From NCBI GenBank assembly GCA_002269645.1, contig NIVC01004066.1:1-27128 (forward strand): a stretch of DNA of 27,128 nucleotides, written 5' to 3'. Below are positions 1-10,463 of the stretch, piece by piece. Each line of letters opens with the position of its first letter. The first letter of the stretch is position 1. The notes under the pieces were generated by a model. That model ran no database searches. It had not been told where the DNA came from and saw only the letters and a program-made list of their open reading frames with translations. The stretch is from Macrostomum lignano. Lineage: Eukaryota. Both the position numbers and the translations under genes were made by a program.

Positions 1-1053
1 GAAATGCTCATTTTTCAACGGACAGGTCAATTCAGTTGAAGCGCTCCCATCGATCAGAGGCCCCCCATATGGGATTTCTTGAAACTGACAAATTTTTCAC
101 ATTCATTCTGCTGGTTTCCGGACAGCCAAGCTGGAAGGAAGATTGAGATTAAGTTTGCGTTTTGATTGACGCCGCCTGGGGGGGGCATTGATCTTGAAAC
201 ATTGAAATCTGCATCTTATTGCACTGGAATCTGGGGTCACATTTTGTTCTTTCTTCTTTGCCAGAGTAACCGATTAACAGTTTCCTCTCTCGATGCAGCC
301 GCGCCTCATTATCTCTTAGCGGGCCTCCGGATCCCGACCCCGAGGGGGCGATAATGAGGCGACAGGAAGTTTCTGCTTTCGCAATAATGCGTGCTTGTCT
401 TCCAGTTTGGCAAATAGGAGGGGGTGCGCTTAAGGGCATCTGGTTGAAGCTGAGAGACACCATAACGATTAGCAAATCAATCAAGATCCCAAATCTATGA
501 GCAGTCTTCCTAGACTTTCCCCAGAGCTGGAGATTGATCAGAAGATGAGAGCAGTGCAAATTAGCACTTTCTCTTGCTATAAACTTTTGCTCTGAACAAA
601 ATGATAAAAGGCGAGATTTTGTAGACTTGGGGCCCGGTGCAACAGTAGACAGTGGGGAATTGGGATGAGACTAGCGACCCCCCCCCCAGGGCCGGAGCAA
701 TTTCACACCTTAGCTACCTCTCGTTGCGCCCAGTAGCGACTGGAATGATGAAATTCGAACGCTGTTTTTTTTCCCAATTGAAATCCCCAGGGATCTAAAA
801 GCGAGAGAGAGAAAAAAAGAAAACGGAATCTTCAGGTACTGGCGGGGTCGGGCAGCCTCTGAGCTGCTCCCGGTCGGCTCTCTTATCTTTCTTCGCTCTG
901 CAGCAGCGTGGGCCCGATTGCGTAACACGACACGGCATCAATCAGACCGAGGGGATGCGCGAGTGTCGGGAATCTCCCCCCCCCACAGGATGACCTGGGA
1001 TTTCCATAGTCAGCTTCTTCTTTATTATTCCTCATCTGCATTTTCATGCGCAG

Positions 1054-1122
1054 CAGCTCAGGCAGATCTGCCCCCCGCCCTCCGGGCAGCTGAGCGGCCT
1101 CAATCTTCGTCGCCATCCATCT
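1054..1122 (+). CDS. Candidate upstream coding exon of the protocadherin-like gene (QLRQICPPPSGQLSGLNLRRHPS)
   Basis: Pyrimidine-rich acceptor (…ctcatctgcattttcatgcgcag|). 69-nt open phase 0-0 exon ending at a weak tct|gtatga donor; it joins in frame to the 1354 exon. No homology support. Confidence 0.35.
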
Positions 1123-1353
1123 GTATGAGCGACTTAATAGACACCGAAGATGATGACCTACTCCATTCTGAGAGAGAGAAATTAATGCTCGGATGCTGAT
1201 AAAACTGAATGATGCCTGCAGTTTGTCGCACCTCACCGCCGTCTATCCTCACGTCTATCCTTCACACCGATTGGCTTGTGAACAACTTTAACTTTGACCA
1301 TGCTTGTTTGGCACCTTGGTTTTATTAACTCTCTCCTCCCCCCTGCTGCACAG

Positions 1354-1429
1354 GTGATGGTCAATCCGCAGGATTTGGACGGCGAGAGCGCCGACTCTGG
1401 CCGAGGCGGCAGTGAAGACGGTCACGGAG
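1354..1429 (+). CDS. Coding exon VMVNPQDLDGESADSGRGGSEDGHG, resembling the delta-protocadherin cytoplasmic CM1 motif
   Basis: Strong acceptor (ctctcctccccccctgctgcacag|) and donor (g|gtgagt at 1430). DSGRGGSE resembles the CM1 core DSG(R/K/H)GDS(E/D). The phase-1 end joins in frame to the 1507 exon. The exon is better supported than the family call. Confidence 0.65.
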
Positions 1430-1506
1430 GTGAGTGAAGCGAAGCGCTCTGTGTGTGTTCTGACACTACTGTTATACTATGGGTAGTAATAGTAGTACTA
1501 TATAAG

Positions 1507-2083
1507 GGTCCATCAATCCACCACCTCCGCCTTCGCAACCGCCAGGCCACCACCCGTTGATGGGCGGATCTCGCTGTGCCACCCTGCCGCCGCAGCTGCT
1601 GCACCATCATCACCAGCAGCAGCATCAGCCGCAGCCGCCGTTCCAGCCTCACCATCACCATCAGCAGCGCGTCATGTCGCCGCCGCCGCACATGAAATCT
1701 CCCTGCCAGTGCCTCGGCATCCCGGAGGACGAGGAGGAGTCGGCCAGCAACAGCTCGCCAGCTGCCGCCCTCCTGACCGGAGCCGGCGCCACTGGCAGCT
1801 TCCTGCCGCCGCCGGTGCCGCCGCATGGCGTCGAGTATGGCGGCAGCGGCGGCGGCACATTGGTCGTCGACAGCCTCAGCATCATCATCAGTTCCAGCCG
1901 CCGCAGCATCACGGCTTCTATCAGCAGCTGCATCATCAATCGCCCGGGACTGCTGGCAGAGCTGGATTGAATGGCGGGGTGAGCGGCTGTGCTGAGGACT
2001 GTCATTTTGAGTTCTTGCTTGGTCATTCTCGCACCTGTCAGTCTGTATGGCTTTTTCGGCTCTCTTCGTCCAAGGCTGAATGA
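1507..2083 (+). CDS. Probable terminal exon of the protocadherin-like gene (Pro/His/Gln-rich tail). As assembled it stops at 1970; with one extra G near 1862 it runs to 2083.
   Basis: AG at 1505-1506 closes a 77-nt intron and continues in frame with ORF 1557..1970. GC-rich codons. The alternative frame (ORF 1709..2083) carries the H/Q-rich continuation and a CM2-like CAEDC…LGHSRTC. Confidence 0.55.
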
Positions 2084-2120
2084 TCTATTAATTGCTTTGA
2101 ATAGTAAGGCTAAGGGGTCC

Positions 2121-2227
2121 AAATGAATTCTGAAGCTCTATCTGAATGCATTCTGAAGCTCTATCTGAATGCATTCTGAAGCTCTATCTGAATGCATTCT
2201 GAAGCTCTATCTGAAAGCAATCTGAAG
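2121..2227. repeat. 23-bp minisatellite (gaatgcattctgaagctctatct), about 4.5 copies
   Basis: Direct tandem copies visible; each full unit contains the 10-bp palindrome GAATGCATTC. Confidence 0.95.
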
Positions 2228-2818
2228 ATATGTCAGATATCAATCAGCCTTTGACAAACCAATTTTTATTAATTAGCTACTCTCTCAATTCGAAAAAGAC
2301 GCTCCAGGGTATTCCATAGCCTGTGCAATCAACTTATTAATATTCCGCGTGTACCATTAACCACTGTGTGTTGGCTTCATCACTCTGTATTGTTCAAATA
2401 ATTAAATCATTAGTTCTTTATAACAATATCGAGTAATTATTTCTCTGTGTAAACATTTTATTAAAATGATTATCCAATAAATTTAAGCGGGCAGTCAATG
2501 CAGACTTTGCATTTATTGAGTACAATATTCACCCCGCGCATGACTTCCATATTTGGAAACTTGCGATTGGATTCTTCGATTCATAATATTTGTCCCCATG
2601 CCAGCCTTCATCGATTCGCGTCATTCAATGCCATTTTGTAATGCCGGCACTTGATTATTAATGTGTTGCATTTTTATTGTTTCGCATCGGATAAATGCGG
2701 TCTGCACTTGTCTCAATTGTCTGCTACACTGATGTCTCCTGCGCACTGCATGTTTGCTGTTGTCTGCGAGTACTTTTGGCTTTTCCATGCGATATCTATC
2801 AACATTGTGTGCCCTTCT

Positions 2819-3777
2819 GTCAATCTCAGTCCCAAACTGCATCAATCTCAGCCCCAATCAGCATCCATCTCAGTCCCAAAACAGCATCAATCTCAGCCCC
2901 AATCAGCATCAATCTCAGTCCCAAACTGCATCAATCTCAGCCCCAATCAGCATCAATCTCAGTCCCAAACTGCATCAATCTCAGTCCCAAAACAGCATAA
3001 ATCTCAGTCCCAAAACAGCATCAATCTCAGTCCCAAAATAGCATCAATCTTAGTCCCAAAACAGCATCAATCTCAGTCCCAAACTGCATCAATCTCAGTC
3101 CCAAAACAGCATAAATCTCAGTCCCAAAACAGCATCAATCTCAGTCCCAAAACTGCATCAATCTCAGTCCCAAAACAGCATCAATCTCAGTCCCAAAACA
3201 GTATCAATCTCAGTCCCAAAACTGCATCAATTTCAGTCCCAATCAGCATCGATCTCAGTCCCAAAACAGCATCAATCTCAGTCCCAAACTGCATCAATCT
3301 CAGTCCCAAACTGCATCAATCTCAGTCCCAAAACAGCATCAATCTCAGTCCCAAACTGCATCAATCTCAGTCCCAAACTGCATCAATCTCAGTCCCAATC
3401 AGCATCAATCTCAGTCCCAAAACTGCCTCAATCTCAGTCCCAAAACAGCATCAATCTCAGTCCCAAACTGCATCAATCTCAGTCCCAATCAGCATCAATC
3501 TCAGTCCCAATCAGCATCAATCTCAGTCCCAAACAGCATCAATCTCAGTCCCAATCAGCATCAATCTCAGTCCCAAACTGCATCAATCTCAGTCCCAATC
3601 AGCATCAATCTCAGTCCCAAACAGCATCAATCTCAGTCCCAATCAGCATCAATCTCAGTCCCAAACTGCATCAATCTCAGTCCCAATCAGCATCAATCTC
3701 AGTCCCAAACAGCATCAATCTCAGTCCCAATCAGCATCAATCTCAGTCCCAAAACTGCATCAATCTCAGTCCCAAAC
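2819..3777. repeat. 22-23 bp minisatellite (catcaatctcagtcccaaactg / …aatcag / …aaaacag), roughly 43 units
   Basis: Tandem variant units; explains the spurious ORFs 2651..3871, 2695..3000 and 2754..3041. Confidence 0.97.
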
Positions 3778-4159
3778 TACCTCCATATTTTCACGGCAAG
3801 CCGAACTCGCTAAATGCCTTTATTCATTAATAATATTTATGCGAATGAAATTAGCATTGAATTTCCTCTAATTTTATTTTTCTGTGTTGTGTTCAGCTGT
3901 TCTGAAATGCCAGCTCTGTGCAATGTGATTGTAGCAGTAATACTATAAGTAGTATGATTGAACAGTACTAGTTATTTGCGAATTAACCTGTTCTTTTTTC
4001 AAAACAAATATAAACAAATCAATAAATTGTTTTGCTTTCCGCCCGAAGCTGCCCTGCCCCTGTTTTACTGCGGCAGCTGGCTTCAATATTTTTATAACAA
4101 AATCAACAAAAAATCCGATCTGCGCCGCTCGAGCTTTGCTTCTTTTCATTGCTGGCCTC

Positions 4160-4650
4160 TAAGATGGGGATAGGATGAGAAGAGATGGGGTGAGATGAGA
4201 AGAGATGGGGTAAGATGAGAAGAGATGGGGTAAGATGAGATAGGGAGAGAAGAGATAGGGAGAGAAGAGATGGGGATGATAAGAGACGGGGATGAGAAGG
4301 AATGAGGATGGGAAGAGAAAGGGATGAGAAGAGAATCGGGCGAGATGAGATGGGGAGAGAAGAGATGGGGATGAGAAGAGACGGGGATGAGAAGGGATGA
4401 GGATGACAAGAGATGGGGATGCGAAAAGATGAGGATGGGAAGAGAGAGGGATGAGTAGAGAATAGGATGAGGTGAGATGAGATGGGTAGAGGAGATGGGG
4501 ATGAGAAGTGATGGGGATGAGAAGAGATGGGGATGAGAAGAGATGGGGATTAGGAGAGAAGGGGATGAGAAAAGACTGGGATTAGAAGAGACTGAGATGA
4601 GAAGAGATGGGGATGAGAAGAGAGATGGAGAGAAGGGGGTGAGAAGAGAC
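4160..4650. repeat. Degenerate purine-rich repeat (~17-bp gatgagaagagatgggg)
   Basis: Recurrent GAGAAGAGATGGGG/GATGA motifs with a strong purine bias on +. Confidence 0.9.
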
Positions 4651-5076
4651 GAGAATGAGCTGGGTCAGACACAGGATGGAGATAGAATTCACAGAGTTTA
4701 AGAAGTGGCTGACGAGACAAACGGCATTTGTGAAAGTTTTCTTTAACAGTTCTCAAAGCATAAACAGCGCAAGCAGTATCAGGTTGCCTGTGCTGTGCAG
4801 AACCGAGACAGTGTGCTCACAGTGGGACACCTGGAGGTTGTGACGTAACAAGAAAGTGTGTCAGACTAGACTGCTGCGGTAAATTGATATGGCTTTACTG
4901 CAGCTTTGAGGAAAACTTGATCAACTTGGCTTGTGTAAAAATCAATAAAACTCTTTTACAAAAAATTCTACTCATTTTATTTCATACTGATGTTCGCATG
5001 TGCCCCGCTACTCATAGTAGCTTATGTATGCTCTCTATTAGAGAAAAATACCAAGAATATTCTGTTCTCTTCACAC

Positions 5077-5545
5077 CCTGTCCTCTTGACAATGCTACCC
5101 TGTCTTCTTCACAATGCTACCCTGTCTTCTTCACAATGCTACCCTGTCGTCTTCACAATGCTACCCTGTCGTCTTCACAATGCTACCCTGTCGTCTTCAC
5201 AATGCTACCCTGTCCTCTTCACAATGCTACCCTGTCCTCTTCACAATGCTACCCTGTCTTCTTCACAATGCTACCCTGTCCTCTTGACAATGCTACCCTG
5301 TCCTCTTCACAATGCTACCCTGTCCTCTTCACAATGCTACCCTGTCCTCTTCACAATGCTACCCTGTCTTCTTCACAATGCTACCCTGTCCTCTTCACAA
5401 TGCTACCCTGTCCTCTTCACAATGCTACCCTGTCCTCTTCACAATGCTACCCTGTCCTCTTCACAATGCTACCCTGTCCTCTTCACAATGCTACCCTGTC
5501 CTCTTCACAATGCTACCCTGTCCTCTTCACAATGCTACCCTGTCT
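5077..5545. repeat. 22-bp minisatellite (cacaatgctaccctgtcctctt), about 21 units
   Basis: Near-perfect tandem copies; explains ORFs 4884..5549, 4990..5688 and 5312..5560. Confidence 0.97.
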
Positions 5546-6046
5546 GTGATAAAAGAATAAACAAACAAACGAGCGGAAATTCTGGGCACAAAAAACTATT
5601 ACGAATTTTGAGTCGAGTATCTTCAAAGAATCTTTGCTTTTTAAGTCAATCTCTTTGTATAGCTTGGATTCTTCTAACAGAGCAGTAAACAGACATTTAA
5701 ACGTGAATGAATAATTGCCCAGCTGAGCTACTGCAAGTAGGGCTTTCGGGATTCGGTTGAAAATTAGATTTTCACATGTAGCAAATCGGGAACAACACTG
5801 AACTAACATGCGGCGGATGTGTTAAAAGATAAGCGGACAGCGAGTTGAAAATTACAGAATGTACTGAGAAGGCTGCAAAATGCAATTTGATTACAACAAA
5901 AAATGTCTATGGCAGGCTTGGTAAATTATTTAGTATAATTAAGATTATACCAATATTATATTCCAGAAAGTGACTGATTTTACTATGATGCTATGATGCA
6001 TTAAAATGCAAATTAACTTTTTTCTAACATTTTAATGGGATAAATG

Positions 6047-6935
6047 AGATGAGATTGGGGCAGAGATGAGATCCGATTGAGATGAGATCCGATTGCGATG
6101 AGATCCGATTGAGATAAGATCCGATTGAGATGAGATCTGATTGAGATGAGATCCGATTGCGATGAGATCCGATTGAGATGAGGTCCGATTGAGATGAGGT
6201 CCGATTGAGATGGGATCCGATTGAGATGAGATGAGGTCCGATTGAGATGAGGTCCGATTGAGATGGGATCCGATTGAGATGAGATGAAATCCGATTGAGA
6301 TGAGATCCGATTGAGATGAGATGAGATCCGATTGAGATGAGATGAAATCCGATTGAGATGAGATAAGATCCGATTGAGATTAGATGAGATCCGATTGAGA
6401 TGAGATCGGATCCGATTGAGATGAGATGAAATCCGATTGAGCTGAGATGAGAACCGATTGAGATGAGATGAAATCCGATTGAGATGAGATGAAATCCGAT
6501 TGAGCTGAGATGAGAACCGATTGAGATGAGATGAGATCCGATTGAGATGAGATGAAATCCGATTGAGATGAGATAAGATCCGATTGAGATTAGATGAGAT
6601 CCGATTGAGATGAGATCGGATCCGATTGAGATGAGATGAAATCCGATTGAGCTGAGATGAGAACCGATTGAGATGAGATGAAATCCGATTGAGATGAGAT
6701 GAAATCCGATTGAGCTGAGATGAGAACCGATTGAGATGATATGAAATCCGATTGAGATGAGATGAAATCCGATTGAGCTGAGATGAGAACCGATTGAGAT
6801 GAGATGAGATCCGATTGAGATAAGATCAGATCAAATTGAGATGAGATGAAATCCGATTGAGATAAGATCAGATCAAATTGAGATGAGATGAGATCCGATT
6901 GAGATGAGTCGAGAAGCAGAGATAAGATGAACAGA
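6047..6935. repeat. GAGAT-based minisatellite with 16-bp (gagatgagatccgatt) and 21-bp (gagatgagatgaaatccgatt) units
   Basis: Tandem copies built from a 5-bp GAGAT subunit, including a 210-bp higher-order duplication. Confidence 0.95.
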
Positions 6936-6958
6936 GTCTGCTCATTTCGATGAAGTAG

Positions 6959-7031
6959 AACCAATTCCCAAGCTCTTTTTCCCATTATTAACCAATTCCC
7001 AAGCTCTTTTTCCCATTATTAACCAATTCCC
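6959..7031. repeat. 31-bp tandem duplication (aaccaattcccaagctctttttcccattatt), about 2.3 copies
   Basis: Two exact copies plus a partial third. Confidence 0.95.
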
Positions 7032-7406
7032 AATTTGAGGCGAAAATTTTTTTTAATTTTGTTAAGTGGTAAGAGGAGACAGATTGCTAAACATGCGTCA
7101 GCTGATTGTTAACTATGATGGAAATCAACTGACAAGATAGGTCAACTACTTAGTGAGTAGGCATATGTGCATAATCATATCATGTACAGAGTAAGTTCCT
7201 GCGTAAAAACTTTATCAAGATCAAAATTTCACAAATTCAATATAGCTTAAGAAGTTTAGCTGGTCAGAAGGAAGGTAACGTTTAATGTAAAGAATTCTTT
7301 GAGAAAAGTTCCACAAATATCAAAATTAAAATTTCAAAATACAGGTTGAGGGTGGCCACAACTGATTTTAAAACAACCTCCCCTAAACTCGAGGCCCTAA
7401 TTTCAC

Positions 7407-7720
7407 ATTGGAACAACTTACTCTCCCATTGAGGCAACCTACTCTCACCTTGAGGCAACCTACTCTCCCTTGAGGCAACCTACTCTCACCTTGAGGCAAC
7501 CTACTCTCACCCTGAGGCAACCTACTCTCACCCTGAGGCAACCTACTCTCACCCTGAGGCAACCTATTCTCACCTTGAGGCAACCTACTCTCACCTTGAG
7601 GCAACCTACTCTCACCTTGAGACAAGCTACTCTCACTCTGAGGCAATATATTCTCACCTTGAGGCAACCTACTCTCACCTTGAGGCAACCTACTCTCACC
7701 TTGAGGCAACCTTGAGGCAA
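7407..7720. repeat. 21-bp minisatellite (ttgaggcaacctactctcacc), about 14 units
   Basis: Tandem copies; because the unit is a multiple of 3 it yields the repetitive ORFs at 7383-7832. Confidence 0.97.
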
Positions 7721-7734
7721 GTTGGGCCAGATGT

Positions 7735-7972
7735 GCAACCGACAGCTCATCTAAAGGCTGCGTACGGCTGTTCAGTCCAAGGACTGGGGGGTCGCCACAC
7801 ACACCCTCAATTACCCCAGCTAATGCTGGCACCCATTTTACAGCTGGGTGAACTGAAGCAATGCAGAGTTAAGTGTCTTGCTCAAAGAACACAAATTGTT
7901 CCGAGTAGTTCAAGAATCGAACCCCGACCTTTCAGTCATGAGTCCGTTGCTCTAATCTCTTTAAACTAAACG
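7735..7972 (-). mobile_element. tRNA-derived SINE with a CORE-like central domain
   Basis: The minus strand reads a tRNA-like head with B-box GGTTCGATTC (7914-7923). It is followed by gtgttctttgagcaagacacttaactctgcattgcttcagttcacccagctgtaaaatgggtgccag, matching the CORE-SINE domain pattern (…GCAAGxCACTTAAC…CTGTAAAATGGG). Confidence 0.8.
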
Positions 7973-8008
7973 TCCTGATACAACCGTAGCTTCGGGGCCT
8001 GCATGTGG

Positions 8009-8649
8009 CTAGATGACGCCCCTGTCCAGCAGGTCCTGAATGTCGCCGCAGATGCTGTCCATCTGGGCGGCCAGCGGCGACGACCTGTCGAACAGCGCGC
8101 TAAGAAAGGCCGGCTCGGTGAAGAAGGTGGCGCAGGTGCGCACCCCGGCCTGGGATTTTTCGCTTAGGTGGCGCCGGATGAGGCGCAGCACGAGCTGCTC
8201 GCAGTCGCGGAACTGGCGCACCAGCGACGCCTGGTCGAGCGTTGAACGACGCGTCTGCATGCGCACCAAGTCGGTGGTCAGGTCGTTGAATTTGTCGCGA
8301 AAGTCGTCCGCCATCGCGCGCTCCTCGTCGTTGAACATGTCGTTGAGGTACAGAACTCCGATCTTCATGTTGAGCTTGATGATCTGCTTGAGCAGCTTCT
8401 GAGCTGCCTGTCGCGAGCCGGTGTGCGTCTTCACCAGCTTGTAGATCTTGTCAAACACTCGAGCCGAGGCCGCGTCAATGAAAATCTTCACGGACTTCTT
8501 CGTAGCCAATTTGCTGACGATTTTCTTCTGGGCACGCAGGCTGAACGACTGCGAGCTGAAGGCGCCACCCTCGCCGCCGCCATCGCCGCCTGCGCTGCTG
8601 GCTCCTTCAGCGGCGGCGCCTCCGGCGTTGGCGCCGGGTTCAGAGTCAC
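8009..8649 (-). CDS. TNFAIP8: TNFAIP8/TIPE-family protein (DUF758), main coding exon
   Basis: The translation FSSQSFSLRAQKKIVSKLATKKSVKIFID…KLLKQIIKLNMKIGVLYLNDMF…RHLSEKSQ…FLSALF…LDRGVI aligns by eye along the full length of TNFAIP8 (FNSKNLAVQAQKKILGKM…RHLTAKSH…FLAALY). The frame extends upstream of the called TTG to a phase-1 acceptor (aacag|gtgact) at 8650/8649. Confidence 0.93.
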
Positions 8650-8724
8650 CTGTTCAGGTAGTGACCCAGGTGGGCTCAGGTGTGTCAAACAGAGTGACAA
8701 TACGGCCTTTGACTACTAGAAACC

Positions 8725-9208
8725 CTGAAGAATCAGGTGTGGGATTGTGTAGAATCAGGTGTGGGATTGTGTAAAATCAGGTGTGGGATCGTTTAGAATC
8801 AGGTGTGGGATCGTTTAGAATCAGGTGTGGGATTGTGTAGAATCAGGTGTGGGATTGTGTAGAATCAGGTGTGGGATTGTGTAGAATCAGGTGTGGGATC
8901 GTTTAGAATCAGGTGTGGGATCGTTTAGAATCAGGTGTGGGATTGTGTAGAATCAGGTGTGGGATTGTGTAGAATCAGGTGTGGGATTGTGTAGAATCAG
9001 GTGTGGGATTGTGTAGAATCAGGTGTGGGATTGTGTAGAATCAGGTGTGGGATTGTGTAAAATCAGGTGAGGAATTGTGTAGAATCAGGTGTAAGATTGT
9101 GTAGAATCAGGTGTGGGATCGTGTAGAATCAGGTGTGGGATTGTGTAGAATCATGTGTGGGATTGTTTAGAATCAGGTGTGGGATTGTGTAGAATCAGGT
9201 GTGGGATT
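8725..9208. repeat. 22-bp minisatellite (agaatcaggtgtgggattgtgt), about 22 units, inside the TNFAIP8 intron
   Basis: Tandem copies; variant gatcgttt units at 8787/8809 recur at 8897/8919. Confidence 0.97.
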
Positions 9209-9552
9209 CAGGTGGGATGATTATAATAATAGTTGCAGAAGGGCTGCGGGCAACCTGACGCAACGTCTTCGGCTACATCGTCCCACACCCAGCGCAGTGA
9301 GGCAACTCTGCCCATTCCGCCGACTCCTGAGCAGATGCAAGCGCACCAATACTGTACACAGGCACGCACTCGTTGTGTGGGATGTGTGAGATTGTCTGTG
9401 TATGTGTGGGATTCGTCTGTGGATTTATACATGGGATTTTGTGGGGGATGCACTACATGTACATTGTGCCTGAAACATAGCACGCCACGAAAGTCTGTAA
9501 GCTCTCAGCTGTACTTTTAGTTATCCAACTTTCTCTCTCACCCTCTGTTTAC

Positions 9553-9571
9553 CTGGCTCGCTCAGTTTCAT
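9553..9571 (-). CDS. TNFAIP8: Candidate first coding exon A of TNFAIP8 (MKLSEP+G)
   Basis: ATG AAA CTG AGC GAG CCA G|gtaaac is phase 1, matching the phase-1 acceptor at 8649. Confidence 0.55.
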
Positions 9572-9857
9572 AAAGAAATTCTTTTCCACACAAAGTGACG
9601 GCTTCCACCCGCGTGCGCGCGAGCGGCTCAATAAAGTTTCATTTTATTTGCGCTCACCTGCTCAGATTCTCGGCGATTTTTGAGCTCGTCCGATTTCACT
9701 TCGCTCTCTCCACTCTCCTTCCCCTTCACTCTCTCTCTCCCAGCAGGATTTCACGCCTCGATGGGTTGAATTCCCTCCCCGCTTTCTGTTACACAGACAG
9801 CAGACATCACAGAGCGGAGGCTCAGAATAGTCAGCTACGAGCGTACATGCAGCGTCG

Positions 9858-9864
9858 CTTTATA
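9858..9864 (-). promoter_or_regulatory. Candidate TATA box for the TNFAIP8 proximal promoter
   Basis: TATAAAG on the minus strand, about 200 nt upstream of a strong cag|gtgagc donor at 9658/9657 that could end a non-coding first exon. Confidence 0.35.
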
Positions 9865-10444
9865 GCGGCGTCGTCATCAGAAGGATCAAGGGATAAACCG
9901 AAGCAGGGATTAGCCGCTCTGATGTGGGATCCGGCGAATCGGGGAGAAGAGGCCGCGAGTATCTGGGGCCTGATCTCGTGGGAGTTAATCGGGAATGAAG
10001 AAAGTGAAGAGCAAGGAAGGAAAGCTCAAGCTGAGCTGCTAATCTAGAGATTTTTTCTGCTATTTTCTAATACCAGCGTAGTGCACCAAGTGGGTAGGCG
10101 GTCAGAGTCCACGTAAAACTCGGCTTGACTTGATTAGGACTGGTTGACTGGCTTGAGCACAACAGGAGCTGATGAGGCCAAGGGCCGGAAGCTGGCCACG
10201 CTGATGCATATATTGCGGTGCATGGCCTGAGAATAGGTAAAGAATTACCCCAGCAGCTCTGGGGCTAGGATGCGAGAAGTTGCCACTAGAGGATCGATAG
10301 AAGTGCTCAATTAGCTGCTGATGAAGGCCTGATGAAGGATTGAATCGATAGAGAGCAGCTGGACAGCTGGCTTACATATGTAAGGCAAACTGATCGATTA
10401 GATGAATGAAAAAAAGAGCAGAGAACTCAGCAAGCTGAACTCAC

Positions 10445-10463
10445 CTGACTGACTGTCCGACAT
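10445..10463 (-). CDS. TNFAIP8: Candidate alternative first coding exon B of TNFAIP8 (MSDSQS+G)
   Basis: ATG TCG GAC AGT CAG TCA G|gtgagt has a consensus donor and is phase 1, in frame with the main exon. Confidence 0.55.

Noticed and set aside
149-1000. Short ORFs at the window start
   Set aside because: No recognisable motifs or convincing splice-site pairs; probably intronic sequence of the Pcdh-like gene.
2270-2640. Possible decayed CR1/L2 LINE 3' end on the minus strand (TRG…RLWNTL)
   Set aside because: Only two very short motifs in different frames; insufficient without a profile search.
2651-3871. 406-aa S/Q/I-rich ORF and overlapping ORFs
   Set aside because: Read-through of a 22-23 bp minisatellite: the same peptides cycle through all frames, with no codon bias or splice context.
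4884-5688. Cys-rich repetitive ORFs (TMLPCPLHNATLSSSQCYPVLF)n
   Set aside because: Three 22-bp units give a 22-aa period; this is an artefact of a stop-free repeat.
6590-7832. Repetitive ORFs (SQSDFIS; LPQGESR; RQPTLTL)
   Set aside because: Translations of the GAGAT and 21-bp minisatellites.
8040-8774. Plus-strand ORFs overlapping TNFAIP8
   Set aside because: Antisense shadows of a GC-rich real exon.
10160-10200. Hammerhead-like CTGATGA-GGCC-AAG-GGCC-GGAAG
   Set aside because: GAAA is replaced by GGAA, and I could not build a stem I in either the type I or type III topology.
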